DNA from: Prorocentrum cordatum
Taxonomy: Eukaryota
Assembly (NCBI GenBank): GCA_963575745.1
Contig: CAUYUJ010000247.1
Span: 1-64,000 of the forward strand
DNA: 64,000 nt
Reading direction: 5' to 3'
Shown one piece after another: positions 38,101 to 51,115 of this stretch; positions within the stretch are counted from its first letter, which is position 1, and every line of letters starts with the position of its first letter. Under the pieces are notes generated by a model. The model did not search any database, was not told where the DNA came from, and worked only from the letters and a program-made list of their open reading frames with translations. The position numbers and the translations under genes are program-made.

Positions 38101-40950
38101 AGGGTCTTGGGGTCGACCCCCTCCTGGAAGCACGTTTTGGTTGTCGCTCTGTCCAGGGGGCCAATCCAAGGGCGTCGGCCGATTTGTTTGCTCCAGGCGC
38201 TTGTCCGGGCGCTTTCCAGGGGGAGCAGAAACGAGAGCGCAATTTGGGAGAGCTCGATCATAGATCATGGCATTCCCCCCGCGTCGCCAGGGGGGGCCCT
38301 CGCGGGCGCGGTCTGGGGGCAGACTGAGAGGGGCGGCCTGGCAGTCCCCCGCCGCGAGCGCGTGCTCGCCCTCCTGGTGGGATGCGAGCGTGTTCAGCGC
38401 GGCGGGCATTGAAGCTTGGCCCTGGACTGGGGCTTCCCTTTGCGCGTCCCTCGTTTCTCGTTCCGCGCGCGCACTTGGGTCGGGGTCCTCAGTCCAGGAG
38501 ACGCGGCGGCAGGCGCAGTTGCGCCGCGGCGAGGGGTCGCGGTTGGAAGTGGCGCGCGCGAGATGAAGTGTCATGTATTACCCGCTTTAGCTGAGCATTG
38601 TCACCGTAATTATCTCCCCGCTCTAGCTGCGCGCGTGGGCGGCTTCGGCCTTGGCGAGGGGATTTCAGACATTGATGCCTGCGGAATAATATGGGCTTCG
38701 CCCCGGCCTTCCTGGTTGACTACCTTTCGAGGCTGTTCAGTTTGCAGTTCGCGAAGAAAAAGTTCAACGTCGCGGGTGCGCGCCCAGAGCTTGCGGCCAA
38801 GGCCCGCGTGGAGCTAGCCGGGTGCTTGCGCGGGCGCCTGCGACGGGTCGATCGCGACTTTAGCCTGCGACTTTGCCCCGGGCAAGCACTCGCGCACTCG
38901 CGGGGCGACGGCGAAACGAAACGAGAGGTGGGCCGAGCGACGGAGAAGGTTGGGCAGCATTAAATCGTTTCGTAATCCAAAACGTGCCAGAGCCAAGATA
39001 TGTCCTTGCAGCGTCAAGCCCGCCGCCGCGCGCGGGGGGAAGGTGGTGGCGTGGGCGCCCAGGGGGCCCCGGGGGGGGGAGCTTGGGGGTCGGGCTTTGA
39101 GTTTTCCCGGGCCCGCAAGCCGCGGGGCTGATTTTCCCGCGGCATTGGCGTCGGAGCCAGCCGGGGATCCGATAGAGCACGCCGCCGCCGCGCTCGGGAG
39201 GTGTGCCGGAGAAGTCTGGGGAGTTGCTGCCCCGGTGCGTCGGCGGGGGGATGGGCGATCCAAACTTTGTCAGAGATCTCACGCATGAGTGCGTCGAGGA
39301 AAGCACGGGGCGCCACTTGAAAGAGACGGGCCGCCCGGGGGCCCGGGAGATCCCGGGGAGAGGGCTCTGGGCGGAGCCCCCCCAGACCCTGTGGGCAAGT
39401 CGCAGGAGAGCCAGTTCTCTCCAGCAGATCGTGAAGCAGTCTTGTTGCCGTTCCTATATGGCTGCCAAGTGGTTGCGTGATTGGAAGTGTGAGATCTTTC
39501 CCGTCTATCCGTTTTGCCGATCGCCTGAGGGGGGCGTTCAGGGTTCTGCCTGGCGCGGCTGCTTCGCGCGCCCCAGCCCGGCCGAGAAGAAGTCCGATCA
39601 TATCGGCGTTAAGTTGGTGCAGCAGGATTTGGGGGGGGCGATGATGATGTTTTCTACGACTCCTTACGGACGCCAGTGCCTGCTGACGTAGTCCCAGCGG
39701 CATGGGGCGGGGGAGTCCGTTATGTTGGCAGGTCGGGTGGGATTCCAAGGTTCACTCTCAAACCAACGCGATGTGCTGCGCACGGGCGGGAGCCTCACTC
39801 ACCCGCCCATGTTTTCGCACCCAGGGCAGGGTGGTCAGTTTGCCAGATAGGTGAGGATGGAGATTTTGTTCGGGGCATCTTCGGGGACCTGCCTGGTTTT
39901 CTGCTTCAGAGTGTTGTATTGAGCACTACGGCCTGCCTCAGGCCCTGGAACACCTTGATCCCGAGGATGAGAAGGATCGGTCAGAGAGTTGTCAGTTGCA
40001 CGTCGACTGCGCCGCCCTTTTTGCAGGACCAGCAGACCCAACATCTGCGACTAGCGGACGTTCGCCGTTGGCAGAGGTGTGGAACGTGATCTACGCAAGG
40101 CAGTACCCTCTTTGGACCTCAAGAAGGTGAAGGCCAATTTTGGAGACTCCGTATCAGGCAGGGCCCGTATTCATAAGTTAGGAAACGATCGTGCCGATCA
40201 GTACGCGAATAGTGGAGCTAAGCTGCACCCAGAAATGGCCCAGCACATCGTGAAGTACGAGCTGGCCCTGAGTAGTTGGCAGACCTTAGCACTGGGCATG
40301 GCCCAGGTTTTCGAAGACCTCCCGGATGCTGTTTGGGAAGCTGCAGCGTCAGTTTCGGACCCCAGACAGTTGGCCCTCCCCAGCGGCCGTAAGCCTCATT
40401 GTGTTCGTTGGAATGGGTACCGCTGGCGGTGTCTAGAGTGTGCCCGTTGTTTTTCCAGTGAGGTTCCCAAAGGGTCCTGTGCCGCCCCGGCCCTTGCCAT
40501 GCGTCCGTCTTTTTCGGCCGAGGTGACCCCGCCCTACAGCTTGCACGTTTGCAAAATCCAGTCGAGTGATTTGCCCGTCGTTCTGTGTGTTAGATGCGGG
40601 GCGTATGCGTCTGGGACCCCCAAAGGGGTTCCTAAAGGGTTGTCCCAAAATCTTTGTACAGCAGCGTAGACAACGAACTCCCCAGGGCGGACCTACCTTG
40701 GCCGAGGGGGCTGATGGTCTCCTCGCCCTGGCCCCTGAGACTCGCGCCTCATGGGGAGGCGGGGTGGTGGCACAGGCTTGTCTGAGGGCGACAGCGGCCC
40801 CGCCTCGCCCTTGGTGCCTGGAAGGCGGGTTCTGGCCCTTGTGGCTCCGTCGTTCAGGTGCTGGTGGTGGGGTTGGGGGTGTTGTGTCCCTCCTCCTTTC
40901 CAGCAGCCCCTTCAATCAGATATAGGTGGGAATCAAGAGTAAGCCACTGA
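35104..40950 (+). mobile_element. Decayed non-LTR retrotransposon of the same general architecture
   Basis: Fragments in order: IQTVNAKSW/LVQEH (~36410-36500), DYFLVS (~36960), GRRPICLL..LVR (~38170), KKVKA..GNDRADQYANSGA (~40120-40220), CLECARC and CVRCGAYA; many stops and frameshifts. Confidence 0.8.
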
Positions 40951-40968
40951 AAAAGGACGAGGAGGAGA

Positions 40969-41057
<89 letters not shown>

Positions 41058-41126
41058 CATGATCATGATGATGATCCTGATGATGCTGATGATGATTGTG
41101 ATGATGATGACGATGATGATGCTGAT

Positions 41127-41157
<31 letters not shown>

Positions 41158-41316
41158 ATGATGAGGAGGAGGAGGAGGAGGAGGAGGAGGAGGAGGAATA
41201 GGTGGAGGGGGAGGAGGAAGAGGAGGAGAAACAAGATGACGAGAGGGCGAGCATCATGTAGGACGACGCCTTCGAATCCATAAACGCATAAGCAGAAGTT
41301 CGCCGTCGTCGTTCTG

Positions 41317-41355
<39 letters not shown>

Positions 41356-41373
41356 GCTTCCGAGCGCCCTCAG

Positions 41374-41453
41374 GTGTTGAACGCGGTCTGGCGGCTGGCG
41401 GCCCACGACCCCGAGCCGCAGCCCGCGCCCCCGGACCCGACCCGGCGCAAGAG
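41374..41453 (+). CDS. Host exon (VLNAVWRLAAHDPEPQPAPPDPTRRK)
   Basis: CAG|G, AG|GC. Confidence 0.6.
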
Positions 41454-42349
41454 GCCGGCGGGCGCTCCCGCCGCAGCACAGTCGGCTCTGATCAGTAGGT
41501 CCACCCCGCCAAGTCAAGGGTACCCTCCTCCTCCTCCCCCTCCTTTTCCTCCTCATCCTGCTCCTCCTCCTCCTTCCTCCTTTTCTTCCTCTTCCTCTTC
41601 CTCTCCCTTTCCTCCTCCTCTCCTCCTTCTCCGCCTCCTCCTCCTCCTCTCCTCCTCTTTCTCTTCCTCCTCCTCCCCTCCTCCTGCGGCGGCAGCAGCT
41701 GGCGGCGCGGAGGCGGCGCCAGTCGCGCGGGCCTTGTGGATGGCCTCGTGACCCATGCCTCTTATGTTTCTGTGGCAGTGTGGCCCTCGGAAGAGTCCTG
41801 TGTACTCTCGCGTGTCCTATCCAGCCAAGTCCGAGGGTGCGTTAGGGCGCGTCGATCTAGGGAGCAAGACGAGCTCTGACACCGAGTCGCTACTGCAATC
41901 AACGCGCCTAGTGAGGACGCGCGCCTTCATCTGGGGTGCTTTTTGTCCTTGCTTCTGCGGCCTGTCCTTTGCCGTTTTCATTGGTCGCCCGCCGCCCAAA
42001 ACATCCTAACTTCGGCCTCCAAGGGTCTTGCGTCCTTGCCACCCCTCCTGAGTTTTAACTGTAGATATGAGGCACTCCAGGAAAGGCCTCACCTTAGGGA
42101 TCGGAGGATGCAGCAGATCTCTTCCTCGGCGGACGGCCAGTGGAGGCCGGCGCACGCAGAGTGAGGGCGGCTCCGCGGGCTGAAACCGGCGGAAGTTTTT
42201 GGGTTCAGGATTTCAAGAATCTTCGGCCACGCGCAGAAGGGGGGTAGGGGGAGGGGGGAAGGCTTCTTAGAAACACCCTCTTTCTTAGAAGGCGCGAGCA
42301 TTGTCTGTAGATGTGAGGCAGGTGCCTTTAAGGAGCAGCCTTCTTCTAG

Positions 42350-42587
42350 GGAGGCGGAGGAGGAGGAGGAGGAGGAGGAGGAGGAGGAGGAGGAGGAGGA
42401 GGACGAGGAGGAGGAGGAGGCGGGCGCCGTGAGAGCGATCCTCGATCAGCCGCTCCGCTCGGCCCCAGTCCGCTGCGCGCAGCGGGCAGGGGCGGCGTGG
42501 AAGGTCGGGGTGGACGCGTCCGCCTGCCTGGTGATCGGTGGCGGCCCGCTGTCTGACGAGGAGGGGGTCGGGCTCGACGTGGTGCAG
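42350..42587 (+). CDS. Host exon with poly-Glu tract (EAEEE...AGAVRAILDQPLR...GLDVVQ)
   Basis: TAG|G acceptor in the phase left by 41453; GAG run is in frame with ORF 42429; CAG|GC donor. Confidence 0.55.
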
Positions 42588-44419
42588 GCGAGCGAGGGCC
42601 GGTGCAGGAGCTGCAGGTGGACCGCGGCGGGACAGTGAGCTGCGCGCACGTGGGCGGTCGGGTCGGCCTGCCGGACGAAGAGGCCGATGGCAGGTGGCGC
42701 GGCTCCCTCGCAGCAGCCGCGGTGCCGAGCTTGCGGCTCACGCGCGACGGGGCGCGATCCCGCGGATGCGCGGTCGCGCGGAGACGCTCCGCGCGGGGCA
42801 CCCGCGCAGTGCGCGCCGCGTGTCCGCGGGGTCGCGGCTCAGGGGCCTGGCCCGCGAGGCCGCGGATACAGGCATGCTTTTCGCCCACGAGCGGCGCCGA
42901 GGCCGTGGACGTCCCTTGCGCCCATGGAGGCCTGCGGGGGCCCTGCGGAGGTCCGTCTGGAGCTCGCGGCGCACGCGCGGTGCCCGGCGAGGGGGAACAG
43001 GCGGCTGCTGCTGGGGGCGCCGGCTGCGCCAAAGGTCCCCAGAACGCGTGCGCTACGCCGCCTGGGCCGGGCACGGCGGCGGTGCGCTCCAGAGCGCCCT
43101 GCTGGGCTGGCGTGTGCGAGATCCCTGCCATGACCTGCGGGGTCGGCGCGTGCCTTTTCCCTCCGCGCACGAGCGCGGCGAGGGGGGATGCTTGTGCCTG
43201 AAGCGGCGAAGACGCAGTCATCCGGAAACGGGGGGGAGGAGGGAGGAAGATGCGGAGCAACAGCTGCAGGGAGGGAGGAAGGGAGGGCGGGAGGGACACA
43301 GGAGGAGCAGGAGGAGCAGGGGGAAGAGAAGGAGGAGGAGGAGGAGGAGGAGGAGGAGGAGGAGGAGGAGGGAGGAGGAGGAGGAGGAGAGAGGAGGAGA
43401 TGGGAGGCTTGAGGTTTGAGACTCGACGATCTAGGCTCCTGGACGTTTTCCCCTTCTTTATAGCTCTGGAACTCTGAGGGCCTCTGTATAGCTCGCTGGA
43501 CCATTTGAGACGTATGACTACCTCCAGAGGTCTTGAGGGGATGTGGGGGAAGATGGAGGGAGGATAACCACATCCTCGTCTTCCTCCCTCTTCCTCCCTC
43601 CCTCTTCCATCCCTTATAACTAAGTCCTCCCTGTCGCACCGCCTGGCGTGTTGGTATAGCGGGCCAGGCGTTTCGCCTTAGACTTCCCCACCACTTCTGA
43701 TCCTGCAGCTTGAAATTTGTAACGCATTCAAAGATTGAGGACGGGTCGGTTTCAACACATGACTCTCGCCTAAGCGCCGCGCACATTCGTCTTTGAATCT
43801 TGCGACAGCTTCAAGGATGATCGTTTTCAAAGTGTGGCTGTCGCCTTTGCGCCGCGCACATTCGTCTTACCAGCTTGCAGCAGGTTGAAGGATGCATGGA
43901 GGGTGGTTTTCGAAATATGGCTCTCGCCTCTGCGCCGCTCACACTCGTTTGAAAAGTGAGAAGCAGTTTCAAACATGGAGTGCTGTTCCTTTTCAGGAAC
44001 AATGCGCTCGCTTGAGCGCCGCGCGATTTCGTCTTAAACGTTGGCACCAGTTGTTTTGGATGTGCAGAGGTGGCGTCCCAGCAGTGTTTCTCTGGCGAGA
44101 CTTGTGAGGACGCACCAGCCTTCTTGATTCTCTATGTTCAAGTCTCTGGAATGGTATTCTGGCACGAATTAACATTGTCTGGGCGTAACAGTGACTTTGC
44201 TTCGAGGCGTTGAGATCCCAGGAAATATGACATGGCACGAATGAGTCTTATCAGACGGGGGGGTCTTTCCGCGGGGCACTTCCCGCAAGAAAACTTAATT
44301 CTTGTAGGGACTTATGAATGGCGAGCCTGGAGGGAGGGTTTAAACAACATTGCCTATGCGTCTTGGATCTACACAGGTCTTGCGGGCCAGACTGATCTTG
44401 TTAGTACGCGGCCCCAGAG

Positions 44420-44552
44420 GTCCTGACCCCCCTCCCCGGAGGGCAGCCCTCCGTTCCGGACTCCCTCTTGATGGCCTACCGGGCCCGAGAAAGGGCCCTG
44501 GAGGCCGGAATCGCGAGAGACTGCGCCCAGATGGCGACAATCTTCGGAGAAG
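44420..44552 (+). CDS. Host exon (VLTPLPGGQPSVPDSLLMAYRARERALEAGIARDCAQMATIFGE)
   Basis: AG|G, G|GA; follows 42587 in phase. Confidence 0.6.
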
Positions 44553-45377
44553 GACACAGCGCCCAGACCACAGACGCCCAGACGGCGAGAAGCACAGTCA
44601 GGGACCTGGGCTGGCGACGACGCAGGCGGCGAAGGCGGCGACGGCGATCGCGTCGACGGCGGCGGTGGCGACTACGCCAGCCTTCGCGACGATCGACGAA
44701 GACGGCGACGACCGCGCCGACGGCGGCGGTATGGCGGCGGCGCAGGCGGCGGCTGCTCCTGTGCCTGCCGGCCGCGGTGGCCGTCTCGCCCCCAGCCGTC
44801 GGCCCCGTCGGAGTCGCCGCCGTCGTCGGCGTCGTCGTCGGCGTCGCCGCCGCGAGCCTCCAGGAAGCGCCTCGCCGTCGAGGATCGAAGGAGTTGTCAG
44901 CTCTTCCTCGGCGGAAGGCGGCGGATGGCCAGCGGAAGGCGCCGGCGAAAGCCGGCGGAGGGCCGGCGGAAGCCGGCGGGCGTGAAAACAGTTGCCTTCG
45001 AAGAGGTGGCACAATGTTGGGGTTCAGGGTACCCCGCCGATACTGTAGGGGCCTTTTGGTGGGCGTGTCGCGCCGCTGGTTCTGTGGCGCGACGCGCTAA
45101 TGGAGGATGATGATTAAAAAATGACCGGGGGTCGTGTTCACGCGGCGGCGCCCGGGATGATGATTAGAAAAAACCGGCCCCGGGCTGGGAAACTATTTTT
45201 TTTAATCGTCCCCCCCCCGCCGTCCTCGGGCGCGTGCCCCCCCGGGTGACGAAACACCGCACAGGCGCGCCCTGCTTCTGAGCGTTCCCCCCCGGTGTGG
45301 GAAACTATTTTTTTAATCGTTCCCCCCTCCTTTCTTCCTTAATCGTCATCCCACATTATTCATATCACCATGCCCAG

Positions 45378-45450
45378 GCGTCAAGGTCCCGAGCCTGTTC
45401 CCCCCTCCGGCCCTGCGGAGCGTAGCGACACGCTGTAGCATGGCGCAGGG
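45378..45450 (+). CDS. Candidate host exon (GVKVPSLFPPPALRSVATRCSMAQ)
   Basis: CAG|G in the phase left by 44552; 3' end uncertain. Confidence 0.4.
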
Positions 45451-45569
45451 GCCGCCGCTGCGGCGACACGCTAAGCAGCAACATACATTCCCGAGCGTCT
45501 TATTTTCATCACCTTGGACGTTGTTCCTCGATGTCGGCCTCTGGGGCAAAACATATACCGTCGCCGTCG

Positions 45570-45604
<35 letters not shown>

Positions 45605-45660
45605 GTCTTCGTCTTCCGTCGTTTGTCGTCGGTCGTCGTCGCCGCTGGGGTCTGTGTCGA

Positions 45661-45701
<41 letters not shown>

Positions 45702-46760
45702 GCGTCAGCGTCAGCGTCAGCGTCGTCGTCGGGGGGGGCAGGAGACATGCTGGGGCGCGCAAGAAGAGGAAGCGCATACCTTCGGGAGGCAGCGGGCTCC
45801 TCGATCGGCGGTGGACTTTACGACGTGAGGGATGCTTCTGCAGGGAGCTCTCGGAAACAGAGCTCAGGCGTGCCAGAGGAAGAGGGAGGGAGGAATATAG
45901 GGAGGGAGGACGAGGTCTGCCAGCGCGCGCTGGTGGCACCCCTGATAACCTTTACGCGCCACCCATCGGGGGCAGCCATGTCATATAATGTGAACACGAG
46001 GGTCCACGAGGACGCCAAAGAAAAACGACGACGACAGAGGACGACGATGGACGACAACGACGACGACGGACGACGGACGCCGATGAACAAACGGACAGCC
46101 ACAGGGGGCGACGGACGGCGAACGACACGGTCGGCGATCACGACGACGACAACGGCCAACGACGACGACGACGACGAGTGACGAAGGGAGACGACGGCCG
46201 GCGGACGAAGACGAACGACGATGACGTCGGACGACGACGCCGACGTACAACTACGACGACGACCAGCGATGGCGGACGACGGTCGACGGACAGCAGCCTC
46301 CGCCCGTCGGACCACGGACGGCGGCCACGACGGCGACGGCGACGGCGGCCGACGGAGGAGGACGGCGGCGGACGGCAGCGGACGGCCGTCGGACGATGGA
46401 CGACGATGGGCGGCTGACGAAAACTGTCGCGGGCGGCGGCGAGGACGACGGCGACGATGATGAAGGCGGCCACGGGTGATGGACGACGGGCGATGGACCA
46501 CTGACGTGATGAGGATGAGGAGGAGGATGAGGAGGATGAGGATGAGGATGAGGATGAGGATGATGGTGATGCTGATGGTGCTGATGATGATGCTGATGTT
46601 GATGATGAGGATGATGAGGATGATGGTGATGACGATGGTGATGACGATGGTGATGATGTCACTGTTGATGCTGATGATGATGATGCTGATCATGATGAAA
46701 CTGCTGATGCTGATGAGGATGATGACGATGATGATGAAGATGCTGATGATGATGCTGATC

Positions 46761-46793
<33 letters not shown>

Positions 46794-47153
46794 GTGATGG
46801 TGGTGATGATGATGATGATGCTGATGATGATGATGATGATGATTATTGTGATGATGATGCTGATGGCGGTGGCGGTGATGATGATCATGATGACGTCGTC
46901 GACCGACCGACGACGACGATGACGAAGATGACGATGACTATGACGACGACGACCACGACGATGACGACGACGGACGACAGACGACAACGACGTGGGACCT
47001 CGGCGTTCTCTGGAGGCCTCTGGAGAGCCTCGGAGGCCTCCTCGCGAGGACAGCCCAAGCCCGAGGCCGACGGAGGCCCCAAGAGCCCCCCAGAGGTAAA
47101 CAGGAAAGGCCCCGACGACGCCCACAACCCTTCTGGAATAGTCACTTCGTGTA

Positions 47154-47329
47154 CAGTGGGGGCCCATGCTACAAAACACCCTGTTTGCCTCCAGGGTGCT
47201 CTGGGTTTGTTGGGTTTCGATGGTTTTGCTATGGAAGGCGTGACGTTCCCATACCAAGAATCAGTGGACGCCCTGGGGTCTCAGGGTTGGGTTTCTTGTG
47301 GAAGGGTTCTTGTGGACTGGCCTCCACTG
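47154..47329. mobile_element. 176-bp Tc1/mariner-like MITE (other copies 1578-1753, 18749-18924, 21047-21222)
   Basis: TA|CAGTGGGGGCCC...GGCCTCCACTG|TA termini; four copies of equal length with shared internal sequence. Confidence 0.85.
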
Positions 47330-47340
47330 TATGTGTCTCT

Positions 47341-49243
47341 TCTGGTCCCTGCTGATGCTGTTGCCTGCTCTGGCCCCCTCCCAGACGAGGAAGAGATACC
47401 CATACTTCTACCCTTTCCTCGTCTTCCCCTTCTTGGGCCTCCTCGGAGGCTCTTGTCGTCACCGCTGGATTCGCCTCGAAATTCTGGTCAGAACGCACCC
47501 TGGGACAGGTCTGGGGAGTAGCGTTGTCTGTACCTTTGTGTTTCCTCACCCTCTGTCCGTAGGTACATCTCTCTCTCTATATATATATATATATATCATA
47601 CAGGCTCAGGGGGCCACCTTCTGCTGTGCTACATCCCAGAGATCATTACTAGTAGCGAGAGGGCTTTGGAAGAAAATATTCACTGTCAGACCAGCGCCAG
47701 AGTGTGCGCTGTATTGGCCGCGGAACGTGTGTTCCGAGCTCCCTCGCAGAAAGCTTGCTCGCGGATCGAACCTACCTGACGAACACTCCTGTGCCGAGTC
47801 GGACAGGTTCCGATACAACTCATGTACCGCACGACGGCTGCCCAAGGGACTGCTGCTGCCTCGAGTTCTCGCGGCAATGCCGCACCACAACGACATAGTG
47901 CTCGACTGCGTCGTGGCCGCAATGGCAGCCGTCCCGCGGCAGCTGCCCAGCTGCCGACACCGCCGACGAGAATGAGGACTGGCACCAGGAGGGCGAGCAG
48001 GACGATGATGGGGAATAAGTGGAGGCTGAAGAGGCAGAAGCACCCTCCGAAATCCCCCCGGATCCAGAAGAGTTCCGGTGCGCGCGGTGAGCGCCGTACT
48101 TGGCGAGGAGGACCCTGTCCAGCTTCGCCTCCCCTGGAGGCCAGGATCAGTAGTTATACAAGCACCCGAGGTGCTACCAGAAGTGTGCGCGTACAGTTCG
48201 ATATGGAAGGGCAGGGCTCGACGCCACGAAGCAATGGCCGAGCTAGCCCTGGACCGTTCGGACGTCATCATGGGCGAGGGTGCGGAGATGACCGACTCGC
48301 TGGAATAGGCGCGGCTCGTTTCACAAGATGGCATCGAGTTGATTGAGTCCCCTCGCAGTGTTTGACGAGCAGCAGATCCTCCAGGTAGGCGACCCCATGG
48401 GGGAGTATGAAGAAGCAGAAGGATTGTAGGGCGAGTTGCTCGCCGCCTGCGTTGCACACCTCAGAGATCTAGACTTGAGATTGGCCCTGCGCCGGCTCGC
48501 CCCCAGCGTGGCAGAGTAAAGGGCGGTGATCGCGTCATTTCCGTTCCTGGCGATGTTGCGGCCAAGAATGTCAGGTCTGTCCCGACAGCTCATCAGATAG
48601 CTGATGGCATGGCTAAGTCGGATGCTAAGTTTCGTGAGGCACTGGCCGAGTTTCTGGCCAATCGGGCAAGGTCGCTGGCGGGGAAAAATTGCGCGGTGGA
48701 GACGGTCTCCATCAGAGGACGCGAATGAAGGCTTTCATTTGCACGTGCTGGGGGTCGCGTTTCACTCCCGCTCGCTTGGTTTTGTCCAAGAGTTTCTTCC
48801 ATATGGTATTTTCATATCTGTCGCTGCGCGACCGGAGCGGATGTCGTATTTGATCAGCAGTTGCTACCGCCGCCGTGCCGAGATTCTTTTATTACATGTA
48901 CATCGCTTCGTGATTTGAAGCGATTGCGTTCGCACCGAGTCCGTGCTGTCGCTACGTTTTGCTGAGTAGGCTCTTGCCACTTACGTTTCACAGTATGACC
49001 AGAGGTAACTCCAGGAGTGCAATCATCATGTCGCCAATGTGTTTACAGGGTTTACAGGGTCCCTACTGATGCTGTTGCCTGCTCTGACCCCTCCTGTCTG
49101 TGTATATGTATTTATATATATATATATATCATACTGGCTCAGGGGTCCCCCAACTGCTGTGCTACAGTCCAGAGATCAGTTGTAGCGACACGGTCCTGGC
49201 ATAACATCTCCTTTGTCAGACTAGCGCCAGATTGTGCGCTGTA
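47341..49243 (+). repeat. Direct repeats (47341-47713 and 49058-49243) around a ~1.3-kb decayed-coding-like interior
   Basis: GGTCCCT.CTGATGCTGTTGCCTGCTCTG and (TA)nTCATAC.GGCTCAGGGG...CTGCTGTGCTACA...TGTCAGAC.AGCGCCAGA.TGTGCGCTGTA occur twice. Confidence 0.75.
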
Positions 49244-49884
49244 ACTTTGCCCTTTACCCTGGAGTCGATCCTTGATCCTCGATCCTCGGTCCTCGAAGAC
49301 GTCCGGAAGCCGCCGTCCTCGATCTTCGAAGACCCTCGGTCCTCGATGGTCCACATTGAGCCTCGAATGGCCCAGGCCCGCGTGCCCCCCCCCCAAGGTC
49401 TCGACCCATTCCCCGGGGGCTTGCTGTTCCTCCGAGTCGTTCTTGTCCTTTGATTTCCCGAGGGCCCCCGGAGGCCGAAACGCCGCACACCCTACCATCG
49501 TGTTTTTCCCCTGGCGCGAGGGGCCCTGGGAAGCGGCAGCAGCAGAAGGACCTCCCCGCCGCGCCGCCGGGCGTGGGAGTCGACTACGACGATGACGACG
49601 ACGATGACGTCGAAGATGATGTCGGCGACCACGGGCGATGGACGACCGACGACGGACGCCTGACATGATGATGGTGATGGTAATGCCGATCGTGTTGAAG
49701 ATCATGCTCGTGATGATGACGGCGATGGCGATGATGGTGGTGGTGAGATTGCTACGATGACGACGATGGAGGACGACTGACGACGACGGACAACGACGGG
49801 CGACGACGGCAGCGACGACCGACGTCGACGATTGTCGACGAGGCGGCAGCACCCAGAGGAAGGCCCCCCCTGCCGGGCGCCGAG

Positions 49885-49964
49885 GCCATGGTGTTGAGCA
49901 TGCAGCCCGACCTGTTGCCGGGCAGCGCGCGCGGGCCTTTGATCGGGGGGGTTCTTGGCCCGAG
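49885..49964 (+). CDS. Candidate host exon (AMVLSMQPDLLPGSARGPLIGGVLGP)
   Basis: AG|G, AG|GT. Confidence 0.5.
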
Positions 49965-51115
49965 GTGCGATGGTCGAGGGGAGAGGGGTCGGTGTTCGAT
50001 GATCGAGGAGGGGGGGCATCGAGGATCGATGGTCCAGGGGATGCTTTGGGAGGAGGGAGGGGGAATGGGGAGGAAATCGAAGGGGAGGGGAGGGAGGGAG
50101 GGAGGATGGGGAGGCGGATGGGGGAACCACAGGTCGGCGCAGGAGGTGCAGCGAGGAGGTGGTATCAAGGTTCGATGATCGGGGTCGAGGGTCCTGGTGG
50201 GAAACGTACGACTCAAGCTCGCAGGACCTCGGGTTTGCCGAGGCTTGCTGACGATCCCGTCCTGCATTTTGACGGTCCAGCGTTCGTGGGATGTCTGCAG
50301 CGGGAGGTCGCATCAGATCTCAGCTTGGGTCTCGTCATCTTCCTGGCGACCCCGTCAGGCCAACCCGAGCCCCCCGAACCCGAGTCTCACGTGTCCCTGA
50401 TGCTGGCCAGAGAGCAGCCCTGGAAAGGCCATTCGGGGGTCATGGAAGGGAAGAGAGCGGGAGGGCAGGGGTGATCGGGAGGGGGAGGGGGAGCAGCGAG
50501 GGAGGGGGGAGGAGCAGGGAATGACAGGGCGGAGGGGTAGCAGCGAGGCGGGGGAGCGGGAGGAGAGCTGGAAGGGAGGACGGAGAGTAAGTGGAGTGAG
50601 GAGAGAGGGGGGCGGCAGGTTGGAGGAAGGGGGGGAGGAGGGGAGACTTCTTTGGAAGGGCAAGGGGGGAGGTGTAGGGCTCCAGATGTGCTTCAAGGGG
50701 TTTCGGAACGGTTTGACGGTGTCTTAGGATGTTGCAGGGGTTCAGGTGGTTCGAGCATGAGGAGGCAGAGAAGGAGGAGGAGGCGGAGGAGGATGAGGAG
50801 GAGGAACGGATATGGAAGATGTGCCAGCGGTCTTAGATTGTTTCCCTACTGTTATCGGGGCTTTGCATAGGGTCTGGCGGTGTGGGTTGCTTTCTAGAGG
50901 TCCTCGGAGGCTTCCAGCGGTTTGTGGAGGCTCACGGACGTCTTCGAGAGGGAAGGGAGAGAGTGAGAGGAGGAGGAGGAGGAGGAGGAGGAGGAGGAGG
51001 AGGAGGAGGAGGAGGAGGAGGAGGAGGAAGAGGAGGAGGAGGAGGAGCTACGATAAGACAAGACGAGAGCGGACGGCATCCAAGAAACCGACCGCGGAGA
51101 TAAAACGGAGACAGA

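Noticed and set aside
43749..44040. Four ~50-bp repeats (TCGCC...GCGCCGCGCACATTCGTCTT) at ~75-85-bp spacing, CRISPR-like at a glance
   Set aside because: Copies are too divergent, there are no cas genes and the context is eukaryotic; better read as an old tandem repeat.
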